In this document: positions 38,601-53,600 of the stretch, one piece after another
How positions within the stretch are numbered: position 1 is the first letter of the stretch
How the letters are laid out: the number at the start of each line of letters is the position of its first letter
NCBI RefSeq assembly: GCF_031769215.1
Contig: NW_026781911.1
Span: 1-64,000 of the forward strand
Reading direction: 5' to 3'
From: Ylistrum balloti
Taxonomy: Eukaryota
Length of the DNA: 64,000 nt
Notes under the pieces: generated by a model
What the model was told of the DNA's origin: nothing
What the model saw: the letters and a program-made list of their open reading frames with translations, nothing else
Databases searched by the model: none
Position numbers and translations under genes: made by a program

Positions 38601-41600
38601 TTCACAAAACATATCACTATTATTCACATAAGGTTACAAAAGAAATTTAGTACAATGTATTACATCTCAATGAACTTTTCAATTCAATTAAATGAAAATC
38701 AGCCAGCATTGAAACTCCTATAGCACATCATTCCATTTCTTGCATTCTCTGCAGATAAAGACATCAAGCTCAGCAGCTATAGAAATCAATGGGTTACTCA
38801 TCAGAATGTTAATATACTGCTTTAACCATATTGCAACCACCATACACCTTAACTGCTATAAAACTTACTGCTGTTGTCATACCGCTGTAACCATACTGCT
38901 ATAATCATATTGTTGTTATCTTAATGTTGTAACCATACTGCTGTAACCATACTGCTGTAACCTTTACTGCTATAAAACTTACTGCTGTTGTCATACCGCT
39001 GTAACCATACTCTATAATCATATTGTTGTTATCTTAATGTTGTAACCATACTGCTATAACCATACTGCTATAACCTTACTGCTGTTACTGTACTGCTATT
39101 ACCATACAGCTGTTACTATACTGCTATAACCATACTGCTGTAACCTTTACTGCTATAAAGTTACAGCTGTTATCATACCATTGTAACCATACTGCTTTAA
39201 TCATACTTCTATAACCTTACTACTGTTACTGTACTGCTATTACCATTCAGCTGTTACCATACTGCTGTTACTATACTGCTATAACCATACTGCTGTTACT
39301 GTACTACTATAACCTTACTGATGTTACCGTACCACTATTATCATACAGCTGTTACCATACTGCTGTAACCATACTGCTATAACCTAACTGATGTTACTGT
39401 ACTGCTATAACCTTACTGCTGTTATCGCACTGCTATAACCATACTTACCAGCTTTTCCAACAGCCTCCATTCCAACTATAATGTTTGGCATATAGTTCAG
39501 TGAATCAAATATCCTGAAGATGTCCATACCATGTTGTACAGCCAAGTTACAGAACCTAAAGAAAAAGTACAAATCTCAGCAAAGAATAGTGTAAGTGAAA
39601 TCCTACTTGTCTGTAACCTGTCTTGTTTCTATCCTGGTTTATAATCCAACAGCCAGGGTCACTTTGAGGTGAGGTTTCCTTGTAATATCTGTTGGTTATT
39701 TCACTAAATTACATATGGCACATGACAGCTAGAGCAATGAGTGAAACTCAATGAATGGATAAATCTAGGACATAAATATTATGGGAGAATTTCAGGGTGT
39801 GGAGAAAGTGGAAGGAATTTGCCCATTAAACAAAGCACATTCTTAGAATTTCAATAAAACCCAGAGTGATGTCTTGTCAAGTGTTAAGGATACAACTATG
39901 TCAGCACTGACTGGTCCATTCCCCAGTTTCTGTGGATACACAAACTGCCCAAGTAAAGAAGTGTAAAACCATGCACCTTAAATCTTGACCTGAGATTATG
40001 GTGAAGCATACTCTGCAGACTGAACTATTGCAGCCCTCTATCTACCTGTCTTTAAACTACCACTGGTAAAGTAATAGCAACCCACTGATAATCAATACCT
40101 TTGTCTAATTACCACCTGTATATAACAATCATCTGTCCATAACTACCACCTGTGAATAACTACCATGTACCTGTGTATAACTAACACCTGTGAATAACTA
40201 CCATGTACCTGTGTATAACTAACACCTGTATATAACAGCCATCAGTATATAGCTAGTACCTGTATATAACTACCATCAGTATATAGCTAGCACCTGTATA
40301 TAACTACCATCAGTATATAGCTAACACCTGTATATAACAACCATCAGTATATAGCTAACACCTGTATATAACTACCATCAGTATATAGCTAACACCTGTA
40401 TATAACAACCATCAGTATATAGCTAACACCTGTATATAACAACCATCGGTATATAGCTAACACCTGTATATAACAACCATCAGTATATAACTAACACCTG
40501 TATATAACTACCATAAGTATATAACTAACACCTGTATATAACAACCATCAGTATATAGCTAACACCTGTATATAACAACCATCAGTATATAGCTAACACC
40601 TGTATATAACAACCATCAGTATATAGCTAACCCTGTATATTACAATATGTACCACTTGTTTATGTTCGATATTATACCATAAGGGTGTTTTTTTTTATTA
40701 ATAATTACTTCTTGTCTACATTTTGTTTGAAGTCTGCATGACAAATAGGTCACTTACTTGTACACAACATTATCAGGGTAGTTGGTATAGCCCACAGCAT
40801 TTGCCCCCCGCAGCAGCATCTGGAATGGGACATTGGGGATTAACTTGCGCAGGGTTGCAAGTCTCTCCCATGGGCATTCGTGCAAAAATCTCATGGCTAC
40901 ATCAAAAGTGGCCCCTGAAATATACAGAATTAGGTACATAGTAATCTTACAAACTTAAAAATATGATTGAAAATGATTGAAAGTAGTCAAGAATACATAA
41001 TAATTTGGAATGTTAGACAAATGTACCACGCAAGTCAAGGCTTGTCATCAAATTGTGCTGAAACATTATTTTTGAAAAGAAACACCTAACAGTTATATTA
41101 TCACCACTTTTCACAAACAAGATTTCAGAAAAATGAAATAATTGTTTAGTTTTTAAACAAGTTTACATAACAGAAAAAACCCAACAAAGACAAATATTTT
41201 GTGGCCTATTTTGACCTACCTCCCCAGTTTTCACAGCTGTAGAGGTTACTAAAGCGGTGCGAAACATATGGCGATATCCTTTTAAGGTCATGAGTTCGGA
41301 CTCGTGTTGCCAATAGCGACTGATGCGCATCTCTGAAGGTTGTATCCATAAGCAACAGACCTTCATGCTGCCTGACTTTTTTAGCAAATCCCTCAGGACC
41401 CTCCTTTAGAATAACATCCCTCCATCCTGCTGGCGGGGACTTCACTGTTATAGAGAATATTTAACTCAAGTACACAGTATAAGCAAGTTAATACAAAATA
41501 ACGTCGATCAATATCAATCTGCCAGATACATGTATTACTGTATTTATACTATAAGTCCAGGGGGCCAACACATTAACATTGGACTCCAACATCAGGAGTT

Positions 41601-44600
41601 TGGCTTACTACAGGATAATGAAACAGAGATGTTGATAATGCTACTAAACAGCAATAGATGTGGGTGGGCTTATTACCAAGCATAAGCTTATTGCCGAATA
41701 AAAAACAAAAAATGATGAAAATGGTCATGACTTGATCAGTGCTCATTTATTTTTACACCAGAGAGAGAAACTGTGTCACTGACAAAGTACCATATTAATC
41801 TTTTCTGAGCTCTGCTGATCATTATTACTTAACCATAGCCAAAATCAATTCAAGATGTTAAAGAATTTACTAAAGCCATCTGGGAATTTTCTTCATTTCT
41901 GTGGTGATCTCATCATGAAAACCATTTTTCATACAGTTCTTGCTATTTGAAAAGTTGACCACTTTAAGGAATTAGCTATATTTAGTCTTTTGATATATAA
42001 GCCAGTTAGAAATACAGCCTGAAAAACCATGGATAAACTGTTTATATGAAAAGTGTACTTCACATATCAGTCTGTCCCATGAAAGACATATCTACTATCT
42101 TGTTTGATTCTTAAAAAACTTGACAAGAAAACTTTAAAAACTACCGGGTATCTTACTTTTTGTTTGAGACTGAATGAAAGCACTTTGGGTTTTTGACAAT
42201 GACCATACAGATGTTATAATTTGAATGAATGCATGTCAAATACTCTACGCATGGTAAGAGAAACTAAGGAATTTAATCCTTTATCTGCAACAAGAGAAGA
42301 GACATATAACAGCACAGTTTTCATTGAGAGTATAGGGTCTAAAAACTGGTAACTTTGTCAATATCAATAACTGTGAAGCACCTATACATTGTATTGATGA
42401 GCAAGACATCTTATGGCCTGCCTATAAAAGTTTTTGGTTTATTACTAGATCGTCCTCAGACTCAATTAATACGGATTTCACTGTCAGCTATATAACTAGA
42501 GACAGATCAAGATCACTCCGGTAGGTATGCTTTGTTTTTCTGATTTGATTCAACATCGATCATGGCAATGAGAATTATCTCCCCAGCCCATTCAACAAAT
42601 TTAAACTAACCAAATGAAATCAAATCAAATATGAATATATATGCATAAAAATTAATCACAAGGCATAGCATCCCCTCCCCCACACAAAACTGTTGGTATG
42701 GCAATCCAAACAAACTGTTTCCATGGTACCAGGTAGAGAAAAAATGGAAAAAAAACAAAACTAAAACCAAAAAACAGATAATTATTATTCAAAATTAAAT
42801 GACACAACTAGAGCAATAAGATAGTAGTTGCAGAGATCAGTTGTCAACATGCAGTCCACAAAAGCCAGCAAACAGTGAACTTAAGCATTTGTGATTATTT
42901 CTTTTGATGGAAGGAGAAAGATATAAAAAACGAAATCTTGCCAACAGCAAATGGCACAATTAGGGCACTAGCCCCATTTTTACACCCAATTTTGATCAGA
43001 TCAGTTGAAAAGTTTATAAGTTGAAGCTTTGAAAATTCATAACTTTGACACCAATTGTTGTCTGTGGACTTTGTTTTCCCCCTACAATCAGTCTTCAGAT
43101 GAAAAATGCATAACAGTAGATCAAGGGTAGATAACTTATAAAATCTGAGATTGATTCATAGTGTACTTACTTAGAAATAGCAATAACATCGGTTGCCTGT
43201 CATGGAATTTCAAACTGGTCCGAAAAGAATTTCTTAAGAAATTGTAACAACAAACGGTATCAATCAAAAACATCCAAGATGGCCACCTGTTGGTCATTAT
43301 TTTTCTGTACATCTAGAGACCAATGGAAATCTATATATGACATTTAGAAAAGATCTATCCTTAACATCTCAAAAAATAGAGATAACAAGGTTAGTTCAAG
43401 GACAGACAATGGACCATGGACAAGGTTCAATATGAACAGCCCACCATCGGACTATGATGGAAGTATATAAATTTAGAAACAAGACAAAGGAAGGCTATCA
43501 ATAAATACATAGAGAAGTTTAAAAACAAGAAAGAAGAAGACGGACAACCTTATAACATTAGATTTAGGCAATTAATCAACAAAGCAAAATATCTATGTTA
43601 TTAAGCTACCGAAGCTCATTATTATCAGCTTACCAACCAGTAGGTCGAGCTGGAGGAAGTAAATCTGAAGTAATTTAGAATCTTGATGTATCAGGATGAT
43701 GTACTGTATATATATTGTTACTTACAACCTATGAAGTGCACATAAACTTACTCAAATCTTCCCTTTCTGAAATGTAATTGATTAAACGTGATAATCAGGC
43801 CACACAAAGAATGTTCACATTGCATTTTAAATATGTCCATTCTTTCTGGATTTTGATAATTCTTGTTACACAGAACCTAAACAATAGTCTTGTTTATAAA
43901 CTGCAGAATACAGTATAATATAGAGCTATTATCCGTTAATGCAAAATAAATTTTGTTGTCAAATAAAGAGTGAGTATGGACTAGCTCAATAGGACAATAC
44001 ACTCCACTACCATCAACACCCATGTTTACAGGTTTGAGCTTTTAGCATTCAACAACAAACACAAAAATTTGCATGTGCATTTCAATATTACCATTTAATT
44101 ACTTAAATATGAATTTCTAAGCTGCCTTATCATCAAATGATCAGATTCTATCAAAGAACAGCATAAAGGAAAATTGATGATAGCCAATACCACACAACAA
44201 ATATTTTGAGGAATTCCAATAGCTTGCCTCTACAATGTAAGGATCTCTGCACAATTCATTAATTCTACAAAAAGCTTCATGCTCATACATGCCATACCAA
44301 TACAGATCAATAGACAATAATAACTCTTTTAAAGGAAAAGTTGGTATCAGATGGCAGGATGATGTGCAACTGATGAGCTTACTTTCCCTTTGACTGAAAA
44401 TTACAATATTTAATTGCTAATGACAAATGATAGTTAAAGAACTGCTGTAAAATTGGTAGTGGTAAAGAGAAAAGAGAAAAATGTTCTCCAAAAGCAATTC
44501 TGGATCTAGGCTTTGATTTTCTGGACTAGTGAGTATCATTATATTGTGAAGATCTATTTTCACTGTCCAGACTGTGACTTTTCTGAACTACTAGTGACCA

Positions 44601-47600
44601 GAATAATGTAAGTCCACTGTATATAGGAGGCATGGTCATCAAACTTTGTCAGGAGCCAATAATATCTAGGTTGGGTAAAGATTTTCTTACCATTATTTCT
44701 GATATCATCCACTACAACTACATAAGGACAAAGCACAATACAGCTTAAAATAGTACAGGCATTTCATACAAGATTGTAGAGCAGGAAAAAAGCATAATAA
44801 AGAAATCCTCCATAGAACACTAACTACCAGCAACAGAAAGAAATAACAAGATTGGAATAATACTACAAAATTTATATAGTTCTTCAAAGCTTTTTACAGT
44901 ACTCTCATGTTCCTTGTTGTATTCAAGCAAAAACTAGTATTCAGAAATATAAAACATACCTAAATATTATTATCTTATATCTAGTGTTTCAAAACAACAT
45001 GTAGAAAAGTAATACTATAATGATAGGAAAGTCTATCATTACAAAACCAGCTAGTCAAATCTACATTATCTACAACACTGGTCTGCTGAATGACATTTTG
45101 ACATAAGATCTGTTTTAAGAACAATGAGAAAGCCATTTCACATTGTCCTGATCATTTATGATGAAGTATATCTGAGATTTTCCAAGTACATTACTCTGGA
45201 AATGCTTAGACAACTTAAACTGGTCTAAAAACACTTTCGCAACACGTATGTAAAAATACCTACTGAAGGGAATCTCAGGGACTGAAGGAATGATTTCAGA
45301 CGGTTCCTGTGGTGTAGCGAGGGGAGTCTGTGGTCCATTTACCATCACCTGTCCTAGGTAGTGCAGTAGTTTCTGGGCTCGATTCTGGGTGGGCTCGAAG
45401 GAGAAGAGCTGTGGGTTCTCATCAATGAAGTAAGTGTCTACAGAACCTGATAGGAACTGCTGATGCTGAACAACATTCAACAGGAATGGGATGTTTGTCT
45501 GAAACAAGTGATGATCATAGATTCAAAATTAATCAATTGTAACAAGATGCATTAACACTGTATAGGACAATGAATGCAACCAAAAGTTACACAGGTACAC
45601 ACTGACCCTGATGCCTTGTTGATAACATTAATTGTTTAACATGTTTTCTTCTGATCAACTTCTACCTATTTTCATGGATATCAACACTTTCCACTGCTCT
45701 GATCAACTTCAACTTGTTTTCACCAATATTAATGGACTCCACATTGTTATAACCCACTTCTACTTATTTTCATGGATATCAATTGGCTCTAAAATGTTCT
45801 AAATAACATGTTTGTGCAGATTTATTGATCTGGGACTGTGAATGTTTCTGCTCACACAATAAATCTTCTGAATAGTTTTCGACAGATATTTGATGGGATG
45901 ACTATTTGTCCTTTCGTTTTGTTCTTTCCCTTGGTGTTTCCTTGTTTTTTTGCTAACTTCAAATTCATTGTTGATTTTCCGGATTGCCCAATCAGAGTAT
46001 CCACATGCTTTCATGGCACTCTGGATGTGATTTTGGTCTTGCTTCTGTGACAATTGTTTCTCATCTGTTGAGCAAGGTTCGTACAATTCCCAACGTCTAG
46101 TGTCAGGGGTGGTGCGTCTTTTTCCTATAGACCAATACTTTGATAGTACCATCACTTTTCTTAACTAGGAGGGTGTCAAAGAATGGCATAGCGCCATTAA
46201 TTTCTTCCTCACAGGTGAATTTGATGCTATTGGTGGTATCTACTGTGACCCTTTTCTTACTATTTCCAATATGTCATCAAAATATTGCTTCCACAGACTG
46301 GGCATGCACTCTATGGGGGCCATAGTTTAGCCTCTTTCTCTAAGTGTTCAATGAATAAGTAGGCCACAATTATAATATCCCACATTCTTAACTCTACACT
46401 GACTCCAGTAAGCTACAAGCTACATATTTTCACTAACCTTTACACCACGTATTCTGAACTCACGGAGAGTCCGCAACATTTTGGCGCAAGCTGATGGGTG
46501 ATCTGAGGCGTGAGCAATCACCTTCACCAGTAACGAGTCGTAATAAGGGGAGATAATAGCTCCAGCGAATCCTAAAGCACCATCAAGTCGTATGCCCATT
46601 CCCTCTCCACTGCGGAACACCTGTGTGTAAATCATATGGATACAGTATAAACATTTTACCATAATGCAAATAGTATAATTTCTTTTGCTAACTTTTACTT
46701 CTCCTTAACTTTCAACATAAATAAAATATTTAAGTAAAATATTAAAGCATAAGCTGTAATATATCAAATATCTTCAAATATGATCATAAAAAACAGGATT
46801 CCACAGCTATTTTTAAAAAAATTTTTAGTATGAAAATTTGTTAACCATGCCATCATAACCATGATTATCTACGTACACAATCTCAGTATCCTGTCATCAC
46901 TGTTACAGTTATTACAAAATCCAGCCTCCCTAATCTGTCTGTCCATATTTCTAGCAACACATAACCAGTGGCCCACTATCCTACTTCATTAATCCAGATA
47001 GAACTGATACTGTGACTTCATATTCCATCCTTGTTAATCCAGCCAACACACTAGAAACTTCTGATGGAAATGCAGGTGGTTCAATTAGAAGTTTTAATCA
47101 ATTTCATTACATATATATGAGTATTCTGAAATAAATAGTTGTACCTCTATACGACCAGTGTCTGGCTGGAAGTTCTTGGCGGGGTCCTCTGTAGTCATTC
47201 TACACTGTATGGCGTAGCCATGAAGGTCTATGTCCTTTTGCTGAAGACCAAGCTGTGGGAGGGTATAACCTTCTGCTATCTTTATCTGGGACTGCACCAG
47301 GTCAACCCTACAAGGCACAGAATAAAATGATGTCTATAACACGTTAAATCTACAAAACACAAAAAATTATGTATTTACATCCCTATAGAAGATACATCCA
47401 GAGTTTGGCATAAGAGAGATTGTACCTTGTGACCTCAGTGACAATATTAAGTACAGAGTTTTTACCTTTATACAATATGACATGATCAGTATAAAACACT
47501 TACTCTGTAACCTCTATGACAGTACTGACCTATACAGAAAATGTACCTCGTGACCTCTGTAGCATTACTGACCTTCATGGAAATGGTACCATATGACTTC

Positions 47601-50600
47601 TGTAACAGCACTTAATCTACATAGATTTGTAACCCATGACCTCTGTTACAGCACTGACTTATATGGAAATTGTACCCCATGACCTCTGTGATAGTACTCA
47701 CCTATCTTATTAACAGTGCTGGCTTGTTATATATAGAATTTTTGTTGTGTGAGCTCTACAGCAGTACTGACCTACATAATATTTGTACCCTCTGACCTCT
47801 ATAACAATAATGACCTATATAAAATTTGTACCCTGTAACCTCTACTATAGCACTGACCTATATAGAATTTTGTACCCTATAACATGATCAGTTACCCTGT
47901 GACCTGCTCTGTAACTGTGTGTTCCACTTGAAGCCTGGCATTGACCTCTATGAAGTAGTAGTTGCCATTGTTATCCAGCAGGAACTCCACTGTACCAGCA
48001 TTCTCATAGCCAACATGTTTAGCAAGTGCAACTGCATCAGATGCCATTTTATCGCGAATGATTGGTGACAGGTGTGGGGCAGGGGCTATCTCCACCACTT
48101 TCTGATGGCGACGCTGTACAGAGCAGTCACGCTCATACAAATGAACAACATTTCCTTCTCGGTCACCTATTGCATTAAAACAGTGAATTATCATCAAGTC
48201 TTTATATAATTATCTTTCTTACTTTCTCTAGCATTATAATGTTACATAAATTTGAAGTTTTAATGCACATTTTTCTTTTGTAATTTCAGGTCTTTTTCCA
48301 GTGGCCCCATTCCAAATTAAAATTTATTTTTTCATATGACCAAATTGCCAAAATATATAACTCCTGAACATTTCTGTCTCAATCACCGATTTTTTCTCTC
48401 AATATGAGATAAAAAAAGCCCATTACCAAATGAGTAGAGAAAAGCCAATTTTCATCAATGGTGACAATACTACACCAGTTAAAAGTAATCTTGTTTTAAA
48501 AAGTTTGATGATTCAGTCCTAAAGGTTAGGGATTAGGGATATGAGCAACCATACAACAATCAATGAGATCAACTTACAACAATTAATCATCTCTTTGTTT
48601 AAATTAATCTTGTATTTACTTACCTAGGATCTGGAGCTCTATGTGTCTCGGACGCTCTATGAACTTCTCCAAGAATAAAGCACCATTTCCAAATGCTGCC
48701 TCAGCTTCAGAAGAAGCTCTTTTGAAATTCTCCTCAATCTCCTACATATATAAACACAACATATTTGATCTTCCATAAATAGAATATTCAACCATTCTAA
48801 ATACATTACAGAAAACACATCTTTCATGTATGTTACAGCCAGGATTTCTATCATAAAAGTGGATCTTGGTTCCCACTATTGTTTGGCCTTCAAATATTTG
48901 GATCTCTTTCTTTCTTTTGTCTTCTTTTCTTTTCTATTTGAAAATTCCTCAGAAGAAATAGTGATATTAATCTTCAACTGTCAAATAAAAAATGGTCTTC
49001 TGTTAGTCAATTTATTTTCGAAAAAAAAAAAAAACCAAAATCAAAACTGCCTGTCTAGGGACCATGGGGAATCTACACATGAAAACTGATTAAGATCTAT
49101 CCAGTACTTCTCAAGAGACAACAATCACAAACTTTTATTGTCAAAATCCAAGTTGGTCACCTGTCAGCCATTGTATTTTTCTGATCAGTCCAGAAATCAA
49201 ACAGGCACAACTAGGGACCAAGGGGAACCTATATATGATATCTAAGATGGAAAATTTTGTACTTCTAATGAAATAGCTATTTGCAATCTTTCCTACTCAA
49301 AACTCCATTTTGCTGAGGGCACAACAAGGAACGTAAGGGAACATATATAGGAAATTTGGGAAAGATCCATTCAGTACTTCCAGAAATAACGATAACAAAT
49401 TTTGACAGTCAAAAACCAAGAACCAGCTCTCTGTCTGCCATCTTGTTTTTCTGATCAGTCTCAATATGGGTTATGTACAAATAAGGACCAAGGTGAACCT
49501 TATGTTTGAAATTTAGTTTAAAAATGATCTAAATGATAACAAAGTATAGTTTGAACACCCCCCCCCCCCTCACCCCCATTTAATGATGGTGGGTTAAATA
49601 CACTGGTAATCATTGCCTCCATCCATTTCTCTGTCCCAAGATATGACCTTGAAGCATTACAAAAAGTCTGCGGAACATTTTTTTACACTTCCCTTCTGCT
49701 AATGATTATTAAATATGAAATAATTACATCGATACTTCCATTATACCCTTCCATTCCTCTCTAATGGTGACCTTGGACCAAAACAATGAAAATTCCCATC
49801 CTCTCTACTGGTGACCTTGGACCAAAGCAATGAAAATTCTCATCCTCTCTACTGGTGACCTTGGACCAAAATAATGAAAATTGAAGGAAGTTTAGCAAAA
49901 CAATAAAGCAAACTTGTATCTGACTCCATGACACAACATCAGTCTGAACGCTTTGACAAGTCTTTCGACCCCGCCTTTCCCCTTCCTTGTGATCTGCAAA
50001 GTACTTACATTGAAACTCTTGACAACTCTCATGCCCCTTCCTCCACCACCATAAGCAGCTTTGAAAATGACAGGTAGGCCATACTGCTTACAGAACTCCT
50101 TAGCTTCTTCTATAGACTGTACTGGACTGTCTGTTCCAGGTACCACCTGAACACCTACAACACAGATTGATGCATTTCAACATTTAATTGATCAGTTTAC
50201 ATCTACCGTGTATTTCATTTTTTTTTTTAATTTGTAGAACTTCCAACTTGTAAGAAGAAATCATTTGAAAGATATCTTATGCTCCTTTTCATCTATTAGT
50301 CTAGTGTATACAAAAAGATTAAAGATACACCAGCTAATTGACCAAGAGATTGACAAACCTGCACTAATAGCTGCCTGTCTGGCCTCAACTTTGTCCCCCA
50401 TCTTGCGTACTACCTCTGGGGACGGCCCCACAAACTTAATTCCTTCATTAATTATCGTCTGTGCAAAGTCTGATCTTTCTGACAGGAAGCCATACCCTGG
50501 ATGTATAGCATCAACATCATTCTCCTGAAAAAATGGCAAAATGTATAGATAACTACAGGCAGGAGCAGTGTACACAGAAAAACATATACTCACCATTGAA

Positions 50601-53600
50601 AATGGAAATATATTAAGTATCTAGAGAAGTTTTTTAAGAATCATATCCTTTACAACTTACACCCAAGTCTATGTGTTTAAAATGAATACTACATTTAGGA
50701 AAACTTTTGCCATGGCATAGATTTCACCTATTTCATCTTTTGACCATTTGGGCAAAGATAAAATGTGGGTGAAATTTTGAGGTTAGAGCTAAAACATGTT
50801 TCTTTATCTTCTTTGGGGTGCATTTAACTTTATATTAAAATGAAACACTTTATTGAAGGGAAATACACCCTCAGCCAATGTTTCCCTGTGTACAGTTGTA
50901 AACCATCAAATAATCAAACCAGAATGTTAACAGGTCATCAAGGTCCTGCTGTTCCTATCCATGTATATCCCTCATACTTAATGCAATTCAGAATTTCCTT
51001 GTCCTATTTAGAAACTTTGACTTTAATCTTATAGAATTTGTTTGCTGGGTTTTACGATCCCATGAAGAGCCAAGGTCATTTAGAGGTGGGCCTGGGTCTT
51101 GTAGTAACTGGTGCCCTCTTTACTGAACAACATACAGGAGGCCCATTGCGTGCCATCAAGAACAATTAGGGTAAAGTGTCTTATCCTTGGACACAACCAT
51201 AACAGCATAAACCAGTTCTTATAGAAAATCTCTCATATCAATAACAATGCAGTGACTGGACAGCAGGATATTTGAACAGTACATACAGCTGTAACATGTT
51301 CTTCAAACTAAGAGTTGAGGACAATTTCTCACCTTGAGTGTTCATGTTTGGCAAATGAAACATTCTAAGAGAGATCTGTAGCATTTTTGAATTCTTTGTC
51401 TGGGTTACCTTTTATGAAGCCACGCTTTTAAATAACTTTGATCAACCATCACATTGCTATTTAAACAAAAACATAAGACTTCCAATGAATTAAAAGTGAA
51501 TAAGACTGGTTTGATTTATTCTTTTGCATATTGTACCATATGTTGTTTGTAAAGTGTCACAAGTCCCTCCAGTCAATGAACAGGTCACTAATGACCTGTG
51601 TCCTGCAAACGTCCTACAGTAGGCTCACTTGTCATGGCCAACGTAGCAATCAAATAGCGGGTGAATTCTATGATGGAGGATTATCATTCACAAAAGTAAA
51701 TCCGCACAAACTTTCTTGGTTTACAGCCATTGGTAAAATCTGAAGCCGCTTTCATTTTACTATTCACAGTAAATAAAGATTGCATGAAATTAAGTACCTA
51801 GTAAGCATTTCTATAATGAATGAAAATCTGAAAATATATCTTCTTATTCCTGTATACATGGACACCAGTGAATAAACATGTATGAAAGTTACAACTCGCG
51901 AAATATTAACCCTGCAAAATTAAACAAATATACAGCACAAAGGAGTACTTTTACGTAAATTTTGGAATACTTTTTACACTCATCTTTTCCCTATACCTTT
52001 GAAAATACAATTAAAAAATGACATATCTCATGACCTTGACTGACCTTGGCTATGCGGATGATATCTGGGATGTTTAGATAGGCAGCCACAGGAGGCAGAC
52101 CCTTGCCTATAATATATGATTCATCGGCTTTCTGTCGGTGCAGATGCATCATGTCCTGCTCTGAGTAAATGGCCACAGTACGAATGTTCATTTCCGTACA
52201 TGCTCGGAACACACGAATGGCAATTTCACCTGCAACAAGATCAAGTGATTCTTCGTGAAGACCTTTGCTGCAAATCACTGAATGAGTTAAATACATTTTG
52301 TAAAACCTTGCTTCAATTTGTGGGACACTACTCATAGTTTTATAGTTTCCATCTCCAAGACGGCAAAAATGTACCTCTGGGTTTGGTCTTAGTTTTTATA
52401 AATTTAATTTGCAAAACACCAACCAGGTTTGGATGTGGGTTTCTGAAAACAATATAACACACACATAATGATATGTATTGTAATAAAGAAATGTCAACGA
52501 CTGCTCAGTTTCATAAGATATTTCATTGATTTAACACTAATTTCATTTTTTGAATATTCATTTTCTTGTTTTGTCTGTTGGATCTACAGTCAACATTATG
52601 TATAGTATCTTTTAATTTGTGTATATCCAACTGTGTCCTAAAGCATTGACTTTTATTTCACACCAGGTTAAAAGTCAGTGTGTCCTACTACAGCTAAGGG
52701 CCATTTGCAAAGGAATTCAAGACATTACTGAAACCCTATAATTAGCTTATCCATATCTATTTTTTAACTTTTAAGAAAAACTACAAACAACAGTTGTATA
52801 GACCAAGTACATTCAGCATAGTGACTCTTCAATGAATGTCAAATCTCGTACATTTTATAAATTCTGGATTTTAATTGATGATCAACCAATAAATGAACAA
52901 ATGAATTAAGTGTGTCGTCATATTTTGGTGCAAAGGTAGTCATAACTGCCAAAATCGTTGGAGTATAAAGGAAAAAACCCAAGTATATACCTATACATAT
53001 TTTATAGTGAAGATAACTTAAAGCTAAACACACTCTCTCTCACTTCTGCCAGACCCCTCCTTCCCATCTGACTCCACAATCATTTTATTTTAACTAAATC
53101 TGTTGTTAAGTGCGTACTATAAAAGCAATCAGTAAAGGCAATGGCAAGAAAATTTGATGTTTTAAGTCAATCTCATTATTTTATTACCATCTAGATGGGT
53201 TGTTTTGTGGAAATGATATTTTCGCTACTTTGCTGTACATGCAAGTAATCCCAAAAATTATTTCTTGAAATGATGACACACTTGAGTATGAGATGTCCAT
53301 TTACATCCAGATTGGGAAATTTTAATTGGTTAAAATATGATTTTATCATTTTAAAAGAAAATCACAACAAAATTGGCCTATAAAAACCACTTGCTAAAAA
53401 GTGTTACACAAACTACAAGAAGAGGTGGTCATTGTATACTTCTATTTAATCTACAACTCCATGAGTCAGGATATCAACCATGAAAGCATTATATAAAATT
53501 TGTTTACTGACTTGTTGGAAATTAAGCATATGACAAGACTTCAATAAAGGTCAAGATAGCCATATTGTTCTTCAAATCCACAAGAAAAATATTTGTTGTA

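Noticed and set aside
44366-44400. CTGATGAG hammerhead-like start (also at 38795 on the minus strand and at 15148)
   Set aside because: No stem II or correctly placed GAAA follows.
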